A stretch of DNA of 59,252 bases, counting the filler, from Actinomycetota bacterium (GTDB taxonomy: Bacteria > Actinomycetota > Actinomycetes > JAKEEW01): NCBI GenBank assembly GCA_046725875.1. It is 5 parts of 5 records of this genome, joined end to end, with 100 filler letters (N's around TTAATTAATTAA, not from the genome) between each part and the next. Parts side by side here need not be neighbours in the genome. Positions count along the whole stretch, not along the records: positions 29,060 to 44,023 come from JBKOZJ010000112.1; positions 44,124 to 49,603 come from JBKOZJ010000113.1; 3 more parts are not named here. One strand, given 5' to 3'. Below are positions 39,827-48,575 of the stretch, piece after piece. Position 1 is the stretch's first letter, and every line of letters begins with the position of its first letter. Made by a program: the position numbers and the translations under genes. The notes under the pieces are model-generated. The model saw nothing but the letters and a program-made list of their open reading frames with translations. It did no database searches and had not been told where the DNA came from.

Positions 39827-41077
39827 GTGGGTACCGTCGATCTCGTGGGCAACCGCACCCCTGCTTCGCGCTGTACGCCCAAGCCGGCGACGGAAGAACG
39901 CGCGCCGAGCGCCGCGGCAAGCGCCGGTGCCGATCTCGATGCGCTATGCGGCGGACAGACCCGGGCGGAGCTTGAAGCGGTCTCCGCGGCGGTCCTCGCC
40001 GTAACCAAGCACCTCGACGTCCGGGAAGTGCTGCAGACGATCGTGACCGCAGCACGGTCGCTGCTCCAGGCGCAGTATGCGGCCCTCGGCGTGCCGGACG
40101 ACAACGGCCGGTTCCGCGAGTTCGTCGTCGACGGGGTGAGCGAGGAGCAGTGGGCCGCAATCGGTCCGGTGCCGCGCCAGCACGGGATGCTGGGCGTGAT
40201 GCTGCGCGAGGCGCGGCCGCAGCGGCTGCCGGACATCACGAAGGATCCACGGTTCGTCGGAGACTGGCCGGCCGCCCACCCGAAGATCAAGGACTTCCTC
40301 GGCATGCCGATCGTGGACGGCGACGAGATTCTCGGCGCGATCTACTTGGCGAACAAGCGTGACACGGCCGGCTTCACCGAGGCCGACGAGCGGATGCTTT
40401 CGGTGCTTGCCGCGCACGCCGCGATCGCGCTAGCGAACGCGCGTTTGTACGAGCGAAGCCGGGAGCTGACGATCGTCCGGGAGCGCCAACGTATCGCCCG
40501 CGAGCTACACGATGCCGTCGCGCAAAAGCTGTTCAGCCTGCGGCTGACTGCCGAGGCCGCGGCTTCGGTTGCCGACCGCGATCCCTGGCGGGCGGCGGCC
40601 GAGCTCGCGACGGTGAGACGACTCGCGGCCGAGGCGCTGGACGAGCTCCGGCAGGTCGTGGTCGAGCTGCGCCCGGCCGACTTGGCCGGCGACGGGCTTC
40701 CGACGGTGTTGCGAAGGCAAATCGATGTGCTCGACCGAGCAGGCGGAGCGTCGGTAAGGCTGGTCGTCGATGGGTGGCGGCGGCTGCCGCTGGACCGTGA
40801 AGAGGCCGTGTTGCGGGTGGCACAGGAGGCGCTGCACAACGCGCTGCGGCACGCCGAGGCATCCGCCATCACGGTGCGGCTGGAACGGTCGCGCTCGCGG
40901 GCGACTCTCACCGTTGAGGACGACGGGGTCGGTTTCGACGTTTCGGACGCCACACGCGGCGCGCACCGGCTCGGGCTTGCGTCGATGCGGGAGCGGGCGA
41001 GGGCGGCCGGTGGCCGGTTGTCCGTACAGTCGGACGCCGGCCGCGGCACCACCGTGAGGCTCGAGGTGCCGGTCTGA
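39827..41077 (+). CDS. GAF-domain histidine kinase (HisKA_3)
   Basis: YAALGV..FLGMPI GAF domain; ERQRIARELHD; QEALHNALRHA; DDGVGF; GLASMRERA; start uncertain. Confidence 0.92.
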   Translation: MGTVDLVGNRTPASRCTPKPATEERAPSAAASAGADLDALCGGQTRAELEAVSAAVLAVTKHLDVREVLQTIVTAARSLLQAQYAALGVPDDNGRFREFVVDGVSEEQWAAIGPVPRQHGMLGVMLREARPQRLPDITKDPRFVGDWPAAHPKIKDFLGMPIVDGDEILGAIYLANKRDTAGFTEADERMLSVLAAHAAIALANARLYERSRELTIVRERQRIARELHDAVAQKLFSLRLTAEAAASVADRDPWRAAAELATVRRLAAEALDELRQVVVELRPADLAGDGLPTVLRRQIDVLDRAGGASVRLVVDGWRRLPLDREEAVLRVAQEALHNALRHAEASAITVRLERSRSRATLTVEDDGVGFDVSDATRGAHRLGLASMRERARAAGGRLSVQSDAGRGTTVRLEVPV

Positions 41078-41718
41078 TGGGCGAGCGGATCAGGGTGTTG
41101 ATTGCCGACGACCATCAGATCGTGCGGCAAGGGTTGCGCACCTTCCTTGATGTACAGGACGACATCGAGGTCGTCGGCGAAGCCAGCGACGGCGCCGAGT
41201 GCGTCGCTCTGGCCGAGTCGCTGGCGCCGGACCTGATACTGCTCGATCTGAAGATGCCAGGCACAGACGGCGTCGAGGCGCTACGCATGCTGCGGGAACG
41301 AAAGCTGGCGGCCCGGGTACTTGTCGTGACATCGTTCACCGAGCTCGACGCCGTAGTTCCGGCGGTCCGGGCCGGCGCGGCCGGCTATGTTTACAAGGAC
41401 ATCGATCCGGCTGCGCTCGCCTCTGCAATCCGATCGGTGCATTCCGGACATGTGCTGCTCACTCCGGACATCGCGGCCGCGTTGGTCGCCGGCAGCGTGT
41501 CCGACCGGGATGCGGGGCTGGAACGGCTGACCGACCGAGAGCGTGAGGTGCTCGCCGAGATCGCCCGCGGCAGGTCGAATCGAGAGATCGCACGCGCTCT
41601 GGTTCTCTCAGAGAAGACCGTCAAGACGCATGTCAGCTCGATTTTGCTCAAGCTGGACCTGCAGGACCGCACCCAGGCCGCCCTCTATGCGGTCCGGCAC
41701 GGCCTCGCCAACGGGTGA
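41077..41718 (+). CDS. NarL/LuxR response regulator
   Basis: IADDH, LLDLKMP, LTDREREVL..GRSNREIA..KTVKTH. Confidence 0.95.
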   Translation: MGERIRVLIADDHQIVRQGLRTFLDVQDDIEVVGEASDGAECVALAESLAPDLILLDLKMPGTDGVEALRMLRERKLAARVLVVTSFTELDAVVPAVRAGAAGYVYKDIDPAALASAIRSVHSGHVLLTPDIAAALVAGSVSDRDAGLERLTDREREVLAEIARGRSNREIARALVLSEKTVKTHVSSILLKLDLQDRTQAALYAVRHGLANG

Positions 41719-41758
41719 CATCTGGCGCCGCCCTGCCCGCCGCCGCCAGGCGCTGCCG

Positions 41759-42241
41759 CTACTCGGCGGCGTACTGGTCGTGCTTGGCTAGGAACTCCGT
41801 CCACTCGTCGCCGGTCATCGTCCGGCCGGTGTCGCGGATCTCGGCCAGCTCGCGGAAGTAGTTCTCGCGCGGCGCGCCGGGTGCGAACAGGATCAGCATG
41901 GACGAAGGCTCGTCGCTGGGTGCGCGGAAGCCGTGAATACCACCCATCGGGACGTAGAGGAAGTCGCCGGACCGTGCCGAGATCCACTGCTGCCCGTCGT
42001 AGAGCTCGACGAGCCCGGATACGACGAAGAACGCCTCGGAGAACGTCCGGTGGAAATGGGCGTCCGCGCCTGGGGTGTGCGGCCGCATATTCCACTCGAA
42101 CAGCCCATACTGACCGTTGGTCGCCGGACCCGGAGCCACGAACCGGACATGGGTGCCGCTGGTGCCGAAGGTGAGGCTGTCGACGGCGTCCCGGCCATGG
42201 AACGCGGCGCTTATCTCTCCCGTTTCCCGCAAATAGGTCAT
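41759..42241 (-). CDS. Cupin-domain protein
   Basis: HFHRTFSEAF, VP.GGIHGF, LFAPGAPRE.YF; TAGATT 6 nt before ATG. Confidence 0.88.
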   Translation of the reverse strand: MTYLRETGEISAAFHGRDAVDSLTFGTSGTHVRFVAPGPATNGQYGLFEWNMRPHTPGADAHFHRTFSEAFFVVSGLVELYDGQQWISARSGDFLYVPMGGIHGFRAPSDEPSSMLILFAPGAPRENYFRELAEIRDTGRTMTGDEWTEFLAKHDQYAAE

Positions 42242-42311
42242 CGCCGGAATCTACCGCGCATGTCCGATATCGACAGCCTCCGGACCGCGCCGACCGTGCC
42301 ACAGTTGCGGC

Positions 42312-42797
42312 GTGGCGAGGGAGGACTACGACCGGTTAGGGGAGTGGCGGCACCTGTTCGACCGGATCCGCGAGCTCCGGCCGCGGAGCGTCATATTCGA
42401 TGTTTAGCCGCTGATCGCCCATTGGAAGACCGACGAGATCGCCATCCAGCGCGGTGTCGGCGCCGTCCTCGACGAGCATCTGGAGTCGGCCGGTGTCGAA
42501 ACCGTCGTCTTCGCGACGAACTCGTGGCGGCGATTGCCTCCGTTGCCGGAGAAGGTCGGGCCCTCGGTCGAATATGTCGGCCGGGCTCGTAAACCGTTGC
42601 GCGTGGCGCCGTACAGGACGCTTCCGCGACCCGGCGTCGTCGTCGGCGATCAGGTTGCCGGAGAAGGGGTCCTGGCAAGGCGCCTGGGCTACCACTTCAT
42701 CCGGCGGGCGCCGGTGCTCGATTCCATACCACCGGGAGTCCGATTCGTGATGTACCTCAACGACCCGCTCGCCCGCCTCCTCTTCCGCGAGCGTTAA
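42312..42797 (+). pseudogene. HAD-like protein with a single in-frame TAG
   Basis: VIFDV*PL (TAG 42405-42407), FATNS, ARKP, VVVGDQ all in one frame. Confidence 0.6.
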
Positions 42798-42820
42798 TAA
42801 CGCCGGTTGGGGTCGCCGGT

Positions 42821-43792
42821 CTAGCGTTGCCGGCCGCGGGGCTTGAGCCGGGTCGTGGGCATGGGCGGTGCCGGCAACGGATCGCCTCGATATCCGCGAA
42901 CCGTTCCGAACCGGCGGCCGTTCATCCATTCGTCCCGGGCCTCGACGATCTCGTCGTGATCCCGCGCGACGAAGTTCCACCACATGACGATCTGCTCGTC
43001 GAACGGCTCGCCACCGATGAGCAGGACGCGGCCCGGCTGGTCAGCGGCGAGCGACAGGTCCGAGCGCCCGGAGCCGAGGTAGAGCAGCGGTCCTGGCGAC
43101 AGCGCGAGACCATCCACGGAGACCACGCCGGACAGCGCCAGCGCCGCATACTCCCAGTCCGGCTCCAGCGGCAGGCGGCTGTCGGCGTCGGCCCGAAGGT
43201 CGACCTCCGCGCCGACGAGTGCGCTGTGGACCACAGCCGGAGACTCGACACCGCCCAGCTCGCCCATGATCACGGTTGCCTCGACACCCGTGTCGGCGAG
43301 GACCGGCAGGTCGGGGTGGTGCTCGAAGTGGGGGTCAACATGACGATCGCGATCAGGGAGGGCCACCCACAACTGCACCCCGTGCAGCATCGGGGAGTGC
43401 TCGGGTGGCGTCTCCTCGGAGTGCGAGATGGCCCGGCCCGCCGTCATCAGGTTGAGCTGACCGGGCTCGATTAGCTGGAGGCTGCCGAGGCTGTCGCGGT
43501 GCAACACCTCACCTGCGACCAGCCAGCTGACCGTCTGCAGCCCGGTGTGTGGATGGGGCGGCACGCGCATGCCTGCCCCGTTGGTCAGGTCCTCGGGACC
43601 ATAGTGATCGAGAAAGCCCCATGCTCCGACCATCCGCCGCTGGCGGTTGGGCAGGGTGCGGCTCACCGTCATTCCGCGTGGACCGCCCAGGGGGACCTGG
43701 GCGCTGGCCTGGAGTTCGCGTACCGGCTCGGCGGCCACGGCAGCCAACCCGCCACTCTGGGTTTCCTCCGGTCGCGGCTCGAGGTTGCTCAC
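42821..43792 (-). CDS. Pirin-family protein
   Basis: FLDHYG, PHPHTGLQT, HRDSLG, MTAGRAISHSE, QLWVALP, MWWNFV. Confidence 0.93.
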   Translation of the reverse strand: MSNLEPRPEETQSGGLAAVAAEPVRELQASAQVPLGGPRGMTVSRTLPNRQRRMVGAWGFLDHYGPEDLTNGAGMRVPPHPHTGLQTVSWLVAGEVLHRDSLGSLQLIEPGQLNLMTAGRAISHSEETPPEHSPMLHGVQLWVALPDRDRHVDPHFEHHPDLPVLADTGVEATVIMGELGGVESPAVVHSALVGAEVDLRADADSRLPLEPDWEYAALALSGVVSVDGLALSPGPLLYLGSGRSDLSLAADQPGRVLLIGGEPFDEQIVMWWNFVARDHDEIVEARDEWMNGRRFGTVRGYRGDPLPAPPMPTTRLKPRGRQR

Positions 43793-43973
43793 ACCCGCCA
43801 CGCTACGGCCTGGATGAACAAGACCTGCCGCTCCCGGCTGGCGCCGCGATGTGGCGGACGCCTCCGCGGCCAGCGCCGCAGAAGGGCGTGCGTCCTGAAA
43901 GGTTGCTAAGAGTAGGGTCCGCCCGACCGCGAGCGGGGAAGTTCGGGTGCGAGCTGCGGTTATCTTTGAGGCG

Positions 43974-44023
43974 ATGGACGAGAACAAGGCGCGGCGGGTC
44001 GTCGATGCGCTGCGGGAACGCGG
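43974..44023 (+). CDS. Hypothetical protein, N-terminus only
   Basis: TATCTT 7 nt before ATG; MDENKARRVVDALRE runs into the linker. Confidence 0.45.
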
Positions 44024-44123
44024 NNNNNNNNNNNNNNNNNNNNNNNNNNNNNNNNNNNNNNNNNNNNTTAATTAATTAANNNNNNNNNNNNNNNNNNNNN
44101 NNNNNNNNNNNNNNNNNNNNNNN
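44024..44123. other. Artificial contig linker
   Basis: N44-TTAATTAATTAA-N44. Confidence 0.98.
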
Positions 44124-44125
44124 TC

Positions 44126-44434
44126 ATCGAGGGCTCGGGTGCAAAAGTCGCCAAGGGCGACCTGGTGGTCGTCAAGTACGTCGGCCTGAGCTGGAGCACT
44201 GGCAAGCAGTTCGACTCGTCCTGGGACCGCGGCGAGGCCGTTTCGTTCAACCTCGACGAAGCGCAGGTAATCAGGGGCTGGGCGGAGGGCCTGGCCGGCG
44301 CTAAGGCCGGAAGTCGCGTCCTGCTGGTGATCCCGCCCGCGTCCGGTTACGGCAAAGCCGGCCAGCCGGACGCCGGGATCAAGCAGAACGAGACTCTCGT
44401 CTTCGCGGTCGACGTCCTCGGCACGTTCTCCTGA
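44126..44434 (+). CDS. FKBP-type peptidyl-prolyl isomerase (5' partial)
   Basis: YVG..W..GKQFDSSW, VIRGW..GL, LVIPP..GYG, TLVFAVD. Confidence 0.92.
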   Translation: MEGSGAKVAKGDLVVVKYVGLSWSTGKQFDSSWDRGEAVSFNLDEAQVIRGWAEGLAGAKAGSRVLLVIPPASGYGKAGQPDAGIKQNETLVFAVDVLGTFS

Positions 44435-44442
44435 TCGCTTTC

Positions 44443-44525
44443 GGATGAATGTGCCGTCGGCTCCAATCGCGGGCATATGAATGTGCCGTTGGCTCGATAG
44501 GTTCGAGTGAAGGTGCCGTTCATCC
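44443..44525. repeat. REP-like element, copy 2
   Basis: Three TGAAnGTGCCGT units; 44487-44525 matches 34211-34249 at 36/39 nt. Confidence 0.75.
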
Positions 44526-44543
44526 CAAAGCGAGTTGATGCGC

Positions 44544-45629
44544 TTAGCGGAGGAGGCGGGCGGCGTAGCGGCCGGACACGGCGGCGGCTAGGAAGTACGC
44601 GGCGTCCTCGTCTAGCCCGCGCCCCATTGTCGAGAGACGCACAGGCGAGTTCTTGAGTACGTCCAACAGTCCGTCGATCGGCTCCATCACGATTCGGTGT
44701 CGGTGGGCCAGCTGCTGCACCGCGGCCCGTACGGATGCGCCGACGGCGCCAGGCAGGTCGGGCACGACGATCTCCGCCGGCGCAAGCGCGACCCGGCCGT
44801 AGGCGGTGAGGCTGTGATGGGACACGCCACGGTGTCGGTCCCGCGGGTCGGCCTCTGAGATCCGCAGGGAGACGACGGGCCGCCCCTGGAGCACCGCGGT
44901 TGCGTTCACCGCCTCGCCGGACTGCACGCCCGAGAAGCCCCAGCGCGTTCCGGTGCCGAGGTTGCCGGGTCCCTGAGTTACGACCGCGAGGTCGGCCTGG
45001 AGCGCATGCCTCGCCGCGAGGAGCCCGGTATGCAGAGTCACCGCCTCGAGGTCGCCGCCGTACGCCTGACCGACCGTCACCGTTCCGGCAATGTGACCGC
45101 AGGCCCGCAGCCCCGCGACGGTGCGGGAGAACCACAGGGGCAGAGCGCCGCCGTCGGTCATGACGTACACGATCTTCGTCGTCGGACGCGACGCCAGCAC
45201 GGCGGCGCTGATCGCGGGAAGAGCAGAGTGCAGGTCCGCGATCACGACGGGCATGCGGTCGAGTGAGTCGGCCTCTCTTAGCAGCTCGTGGTGGGGGGAG
45301 CCCTGCTCGTCCGCGCCGGCGACGGTGACCTGCAGTGGGCCATAGCGGTCCTTGACCAAGTGGCCGCGGCCCGTCGGGTCCGGCGGCAGCCGATCGGGCA
45401 CCGCGACGACCAGGGCGTAGCCGCCCGTCCCGAGTCCCAGGGCCGCAGCCGTGGTATTGAGCAGAACGGCATCGCCAAGCTCCGGCCGGCCCACCAGAGC
45501 GGGGTACGCCAGTGCCGGAAGCTCAACCCGATCGGTACTCCCGGGCTCGGCCAGGGCGACCCGAAGCTCGACCGCCCCGGGCCATTCCCGCCCGATCTCG
45601 AGCACCTTGCCGCGCCGCCAACGGATCAC
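44544..45629 (-). CDS. DUF3866-family protein
   Basis: LLNTTA..LGLGTGG, GHLVK.RY.PLQ, DLHSAL, YVMTDGGALP, GPGNLGTGT.WGFSG, RH.GVSHHS; TAGCCT 6 nt before GTG. Confidence 0.85.
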   Translation of the reverse strand: MIRWRRGKVLEIGREWPGAVELRVALAEPGSTDRVELPALAYPALVGRPELGDAVLLNTTAAALGLGTGGYALVVAVPDRLPPDPTGRGHLVKDRYGPLQVTVAGADEQGSPHHELLREADSLDRMPVVIADLHSALPAISAAVLASRPTTKIVYVMTDGGALPLWFSRTVAGLRACGHIAGTVTVGQAYGGDLEAVTLHTGLLAARHALQADLAVVTQGPGNLGTGTRWGFSGVQSGEAVNATAVLQGRPVVSLRISEADPRDRHRGVSHHSLTAYGRVALAPAEIVVPDLPGAVGASVRAAVQQLAHRHRIVMEPIDGLLDVLKNSPVRLSTMGRGLDEDAAYFLAAAVSGRYAARLLR

Positions 45630-45778
45630 CTGAGGAGGCTACCGTTGGTGTCAGTAATGCAGATGCGAATTGGGTGTACCGTCGCGGGGTTCCGGGCTGT
45701 GCCATTGGCCTCGAACCGAAGGGCTTCAGGGCTCCCGCCCGGAAGGCTCTGGCGACGCGGGGAAGAGGTGACGCCGGC

Positions 45779-46924
45779 ATGTCGGCACGCAAGACCGAAC
45801 GCCTGCTCAACCTCGTTATCTGTCTGCTCGCCACCAGCCGCTACCTGACAAAGGCGCAGATTAGGCGGTCCGTGCCGCAGTACGCGGATTGCGAGACCAA
45901 CGACGCCTTCGAGCGCATGTTCGAGCGCGACAAGGACGAGCTGCGCGAGATGGGCGTACCGCTGGAGACCGGCAGCTTGCAGCCGTGGCCGGATGACGAC
46001 ATCGGCTACCGGATCGACCGCAACCGCTATGCGCTGCCGGAGGTGAGCTTTGCCCCAGACGAGATGGCGGTGCTCGGTCTGGCCGCCAGGGTATGGCAGC
46101 AGGCGAGCGTCGCCCAGGCCGCTTCCTACGCGCTCCTCAAGCTCAAGGCGAGCGGAGTGGAGCCGGACGAGTCGTCCCTGGTGGGCATCGAGCCGCAGGT
46201 GCGTGCGAGCGAGCCGGCCTTCCAGCCGCTGTGGCAGGCGCTGTGCGTTCGCCAGCCAGTCACCTTCCCCTATCGCCGCAGCGGCGCCGACCAGGCCACG
46301 GAGCGGCACGTCGAGCCGTGGGGGATCGTGTCCCGGCACGGCCGCTGGTACCTCGTCGGCCACGATCGGGACCGCGCGGCCACCCGGGTGTTCCGGCTCA
46401 GCCGGATCGCCGGGGCGGTCCGTCCGGACGGCTCGCCGGGCACAGTCGAGGTCCCCGACGGCACCGACATTCGCAAGCAGGTGATGACCTTCGAGCCGGA
46501 GGTGCCGCAGGCCACAGCGACCGTCCGGGTGCGGCCGGGCTCCGGTCTGGGCCTGCGCCGCCGAGCCCTGACTGCGGACGAGGCCGCTCCCGCCGGCCTC
46601 GACAGTGCCGCCGGCGATGACATCGCGGGCGAGGGTTGGGACGTGCTGCACGTGCGGTTTTGGGACGAGGAGTCCTTCGCCGAGGAGATCACCCAATACG
46701 GCGACCGGGTCGTCGTGGTCGAACCGCTCGCCGTTCGCGACGCAGTTGTCCGCCGCTTGCGTGACGTGGCAGTCGCCCACGCGGGCCGTCCGCCCACAAT
46801 CCACAACGGCGGCAACCCGCCGGCCATCCAGCCCCAACGGTCGCATCTCAGCAGCGGCGCAATCGGCCAAGAGGACCAGGCGGGCGGGTCCGTCGAGTCG
46901 CCGACGGGGGTGTCCGCACCATGA
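45779..46924 (+). CDS. pafB: WYL-domain regulator PafB
   Basis: KTERLLNLVICLL, FERMFERDKDELREMG, VEPWG..RWYLVG.D.DR..FRLSRI. Confidence 0.9.
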   Translation: MSARKTERLLNLVICLLATSRYLTKAQIRRSVPQYADCETNDAFERMFERDKDELREMGVPLETGSLQPWPDDDIGYRIDRNRYALPEVSFAPDEMAVLGLAARVWQQASVAQAASYALLKLKASGVEPDESSLVGIEPQVRASEPAFQPLWQALCVRQPVTFPYRRSGADQATERHVEPWGIVSRHGRWYLVGHDRDRAATRVFRLSRIAGAVRPDGSPGTVEVPDGTDIRKQVMTFEPEVPQATATVRVRPGSGLGLRRRALTADEAAPAGLDSAAGDDIAGEGWDVLHVRFWDEESFAEEITQYGDRVVVVEPLAVRDAVVRRLRDVAVAHAGRPPTIHNGGNPPAIQPQRSHLSSGAIGQEDQAGGSVESPTGVSAP

Positions 46925-47883
46925 CCGGCGCGACCTCGCGGCTGTCTCGCCTGCTCGCGCTGGTGCCGTATCTCCTCGCCCGGCAGGGCGTTCCGATCGG
47001 CGACGCGGCCCGCGAGTTCGGCATCAGCGAGCGGCAGTTGGTCAAGGACCTCGAGCTGCTCTTCGTCTGCGGCCTGCCCGGCCACCTTCCCGACGATCTC
47101 ATCGAGGCGGACTGGGAGAGCGGGGAGGTGTATGTCTCCAATGCGGACACCATTGCCCGGCCGCTGCGGCTCGGCGTGGACGAGGCGGTCGCCCTGCTCG
47201 TCGGCCTGCGCACACTCGCCGAGGTACCCGGACTGCACGACCGGGATGCGATCGACCGGGCGATCGCCAAGCTCGAACAGGCCGCCGGCGACGCAGCCGC
47301 GCCAGGCGGCCGGGTCGCGGTCGAGGTGGACGGGCACGGCGGCGGTGCGATCCTTGCGCTCTGGCACGAGGCGCTGGCCCGCGGCCGCCGCCTCCACCTC
47401 AGCTACCACGTTCCCGCCCGGGACGAGACGACCGAGCGCGACGTCGATCCGATGCGGGTCGTGGTCGTCGACGGGCGGCCGTACCTCGAGGCGTGGTGCC
47501 GGCGGGCCGACGACGTCCGCCTCTTCCGGCTGGACCGCGTGGTTGACGCCAAGCTGCTCGACGTTCCGGCCGAGGTGCCACCGGACGCACCCCGCCGCGA
47601 CTTCGACGAGGGAGTCTTCCAGCCATCGCCGGACGACCTGTTGGTCACCATCGACTTGGCTCCCAGCGGTCACTGGGTGGCCGAGTACTACCCGTGCGAG
47701 CGGACGGAGTTCCTCGCGGGCGACGTCCTCAGGATCGGCCTGCGTACGCCGGATACCAGGTGGGTGGAGCGACTGATGCTGCGGCTCGGCGGCGCCGGCA
47801 CTGTGGTGGATCCGGCAGGCCTGGCCGAGCGGGTACGCGAGAAGGCCACCGCCGCCCTCGCCGCCTACACCACAGCGGCCTGA
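46921..47883 (+). CDS. pafC: WYL-domain regulator PafC
   Basis: RLLALVPYL, CGLPG..DLIE, R.VDP..YLEAWC..FRLDR; downstream of pafB, upstream of tatAC. Confidence 0.9.
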   Translation: MTGATSRLSRLLALVPYLLARQGVPIGDAAREFGISERQLVKDLELLFVCGLPGHLPDDLIEADWESGEVYVSNADTIARPLRLGVDEAVALLVGLRTLAEVPGLHDRDAIDRAIAKLEQAAGDAAAPGGRVAVEVDGHGGGAILALWHEALARGRRLHLSYHVPARDETTERDVDPMRVVVVDGRPYLEAWCRRADDVRLFRLDRVVDAKLLDVPAEVPPDAPRRDFDEGVFQPSPDDLLVTIDLAPSGHWVAEYYPCERTEFLAGDVLRIGLRTPDTRWVERLMLRLGGAGTVVDPAGLAERVREKATAALAAYTTAA

Positions 47884-47973
47884 CTGTCACGGGCCGGGTT
47901 GACGGGCCGTTCGTGCCGATCAGGTTGGAGCCAGTGGCACCTCTACCGGGTGGGATCCGGCTACGCTCAGAGC

Positions 47974-48279
47974 GTGATCTGGGGGATCGTGTATGGCACG
48001 CTGGCGGTCGGCACGCTGGCCGTGCTCGTCCTGCCCGGTGTCCAGATCATGAAGCAGGTCAGGGCGCTGAGCAAAACCGTGGCTGACTCCAGCAGCCTGA
48101 TCGGCGGTGCGCTCGCCGATCTCGAGCGCGTCTCCGGACCCGCTAGCCACCGCGATCATCGGGAGCGCAGTCTCGTCAACGAGACCGACGTAGTGGAGGA
48201 TGGGACGGCAGGCACGTACCATCCAGGAGGTTCCGGACCATTCCGGCACCAACGCAGCCGCTCTTCAAGAGGTTCGTGA
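47974..48279 (+). CDS. Small membrane protein
   Basis: TACGCT 6 nt before GTG; N-terminal TM then amphipathic helix; stop overlaps the tatA start. Confidence 0.6.
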   Translation: MIWGIVYGTLAVGTLAVLVLPGVQIMKQVRALSKTVADSSSLIGGALADLERVSGPASHRDHRERSLVNETDVVEDGTAGTYHPGGSGPFRHQRSRSSRGS

Positions 48280-48545
48280 TGTTTCGTAACTTCGGCACCG
48301 GCGAGATCATTCTCATCCTCGTCGTCGTCATGCTCCTGTTCGGGGCCAAGCGGATGCCGGACGCCGCCCGCTCGCTCGGCCGGTCGCTGCGCATCTTCAA
48401 GTCCGAAACCAAGGCCCTGCGTGACGATGACCAAACGCCGCGGACGGGCACGATCGTGCAGGAGCCACGGCAGATCGACGCCACCAGCCCGGACGCGAGC
48501 CAGGTTCGCCCGACGGCGCCCGAGACCGAACGTACCGAGCGGTGA
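48279..48545 (+). CDS. tatA: Twin-arginine translocase TatA
   Basis: GEIILILVVVMLLFGAKRMPDAARSLGRSLRIFKSE. Confidence 0.95.
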   Translation: MFRNFGTGEIILILVVVMLLFGAKRMPDAARSLGRSLRIFKSETKALRDDDQTPRTGTIVQEPRQIDATSPDASQVRPTAPETERTER

Positions 48546-48575
48546 TCGCCGCCTGACACAGCAGAACCTGCGGCG

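Noticed and set aside
44443..44525. Units spaced about 30 nt apart resembling a mini CRISPR array
   Set aside because: Units are about 13 nt, the 'spacer' recurs at 34211, and there are no cas genes; REP-like instead
45647..45668. TGTCAG upstream of pafB as a PafBC (RecA-NDp) promoter
   Set aside because: No TANNNT at the required 10-nt spacing
45779..47883. Tandem WYL genes as a phage-defence marker
   Set aside because: Motifs and tatAC synteny identify housekeeping pafBC
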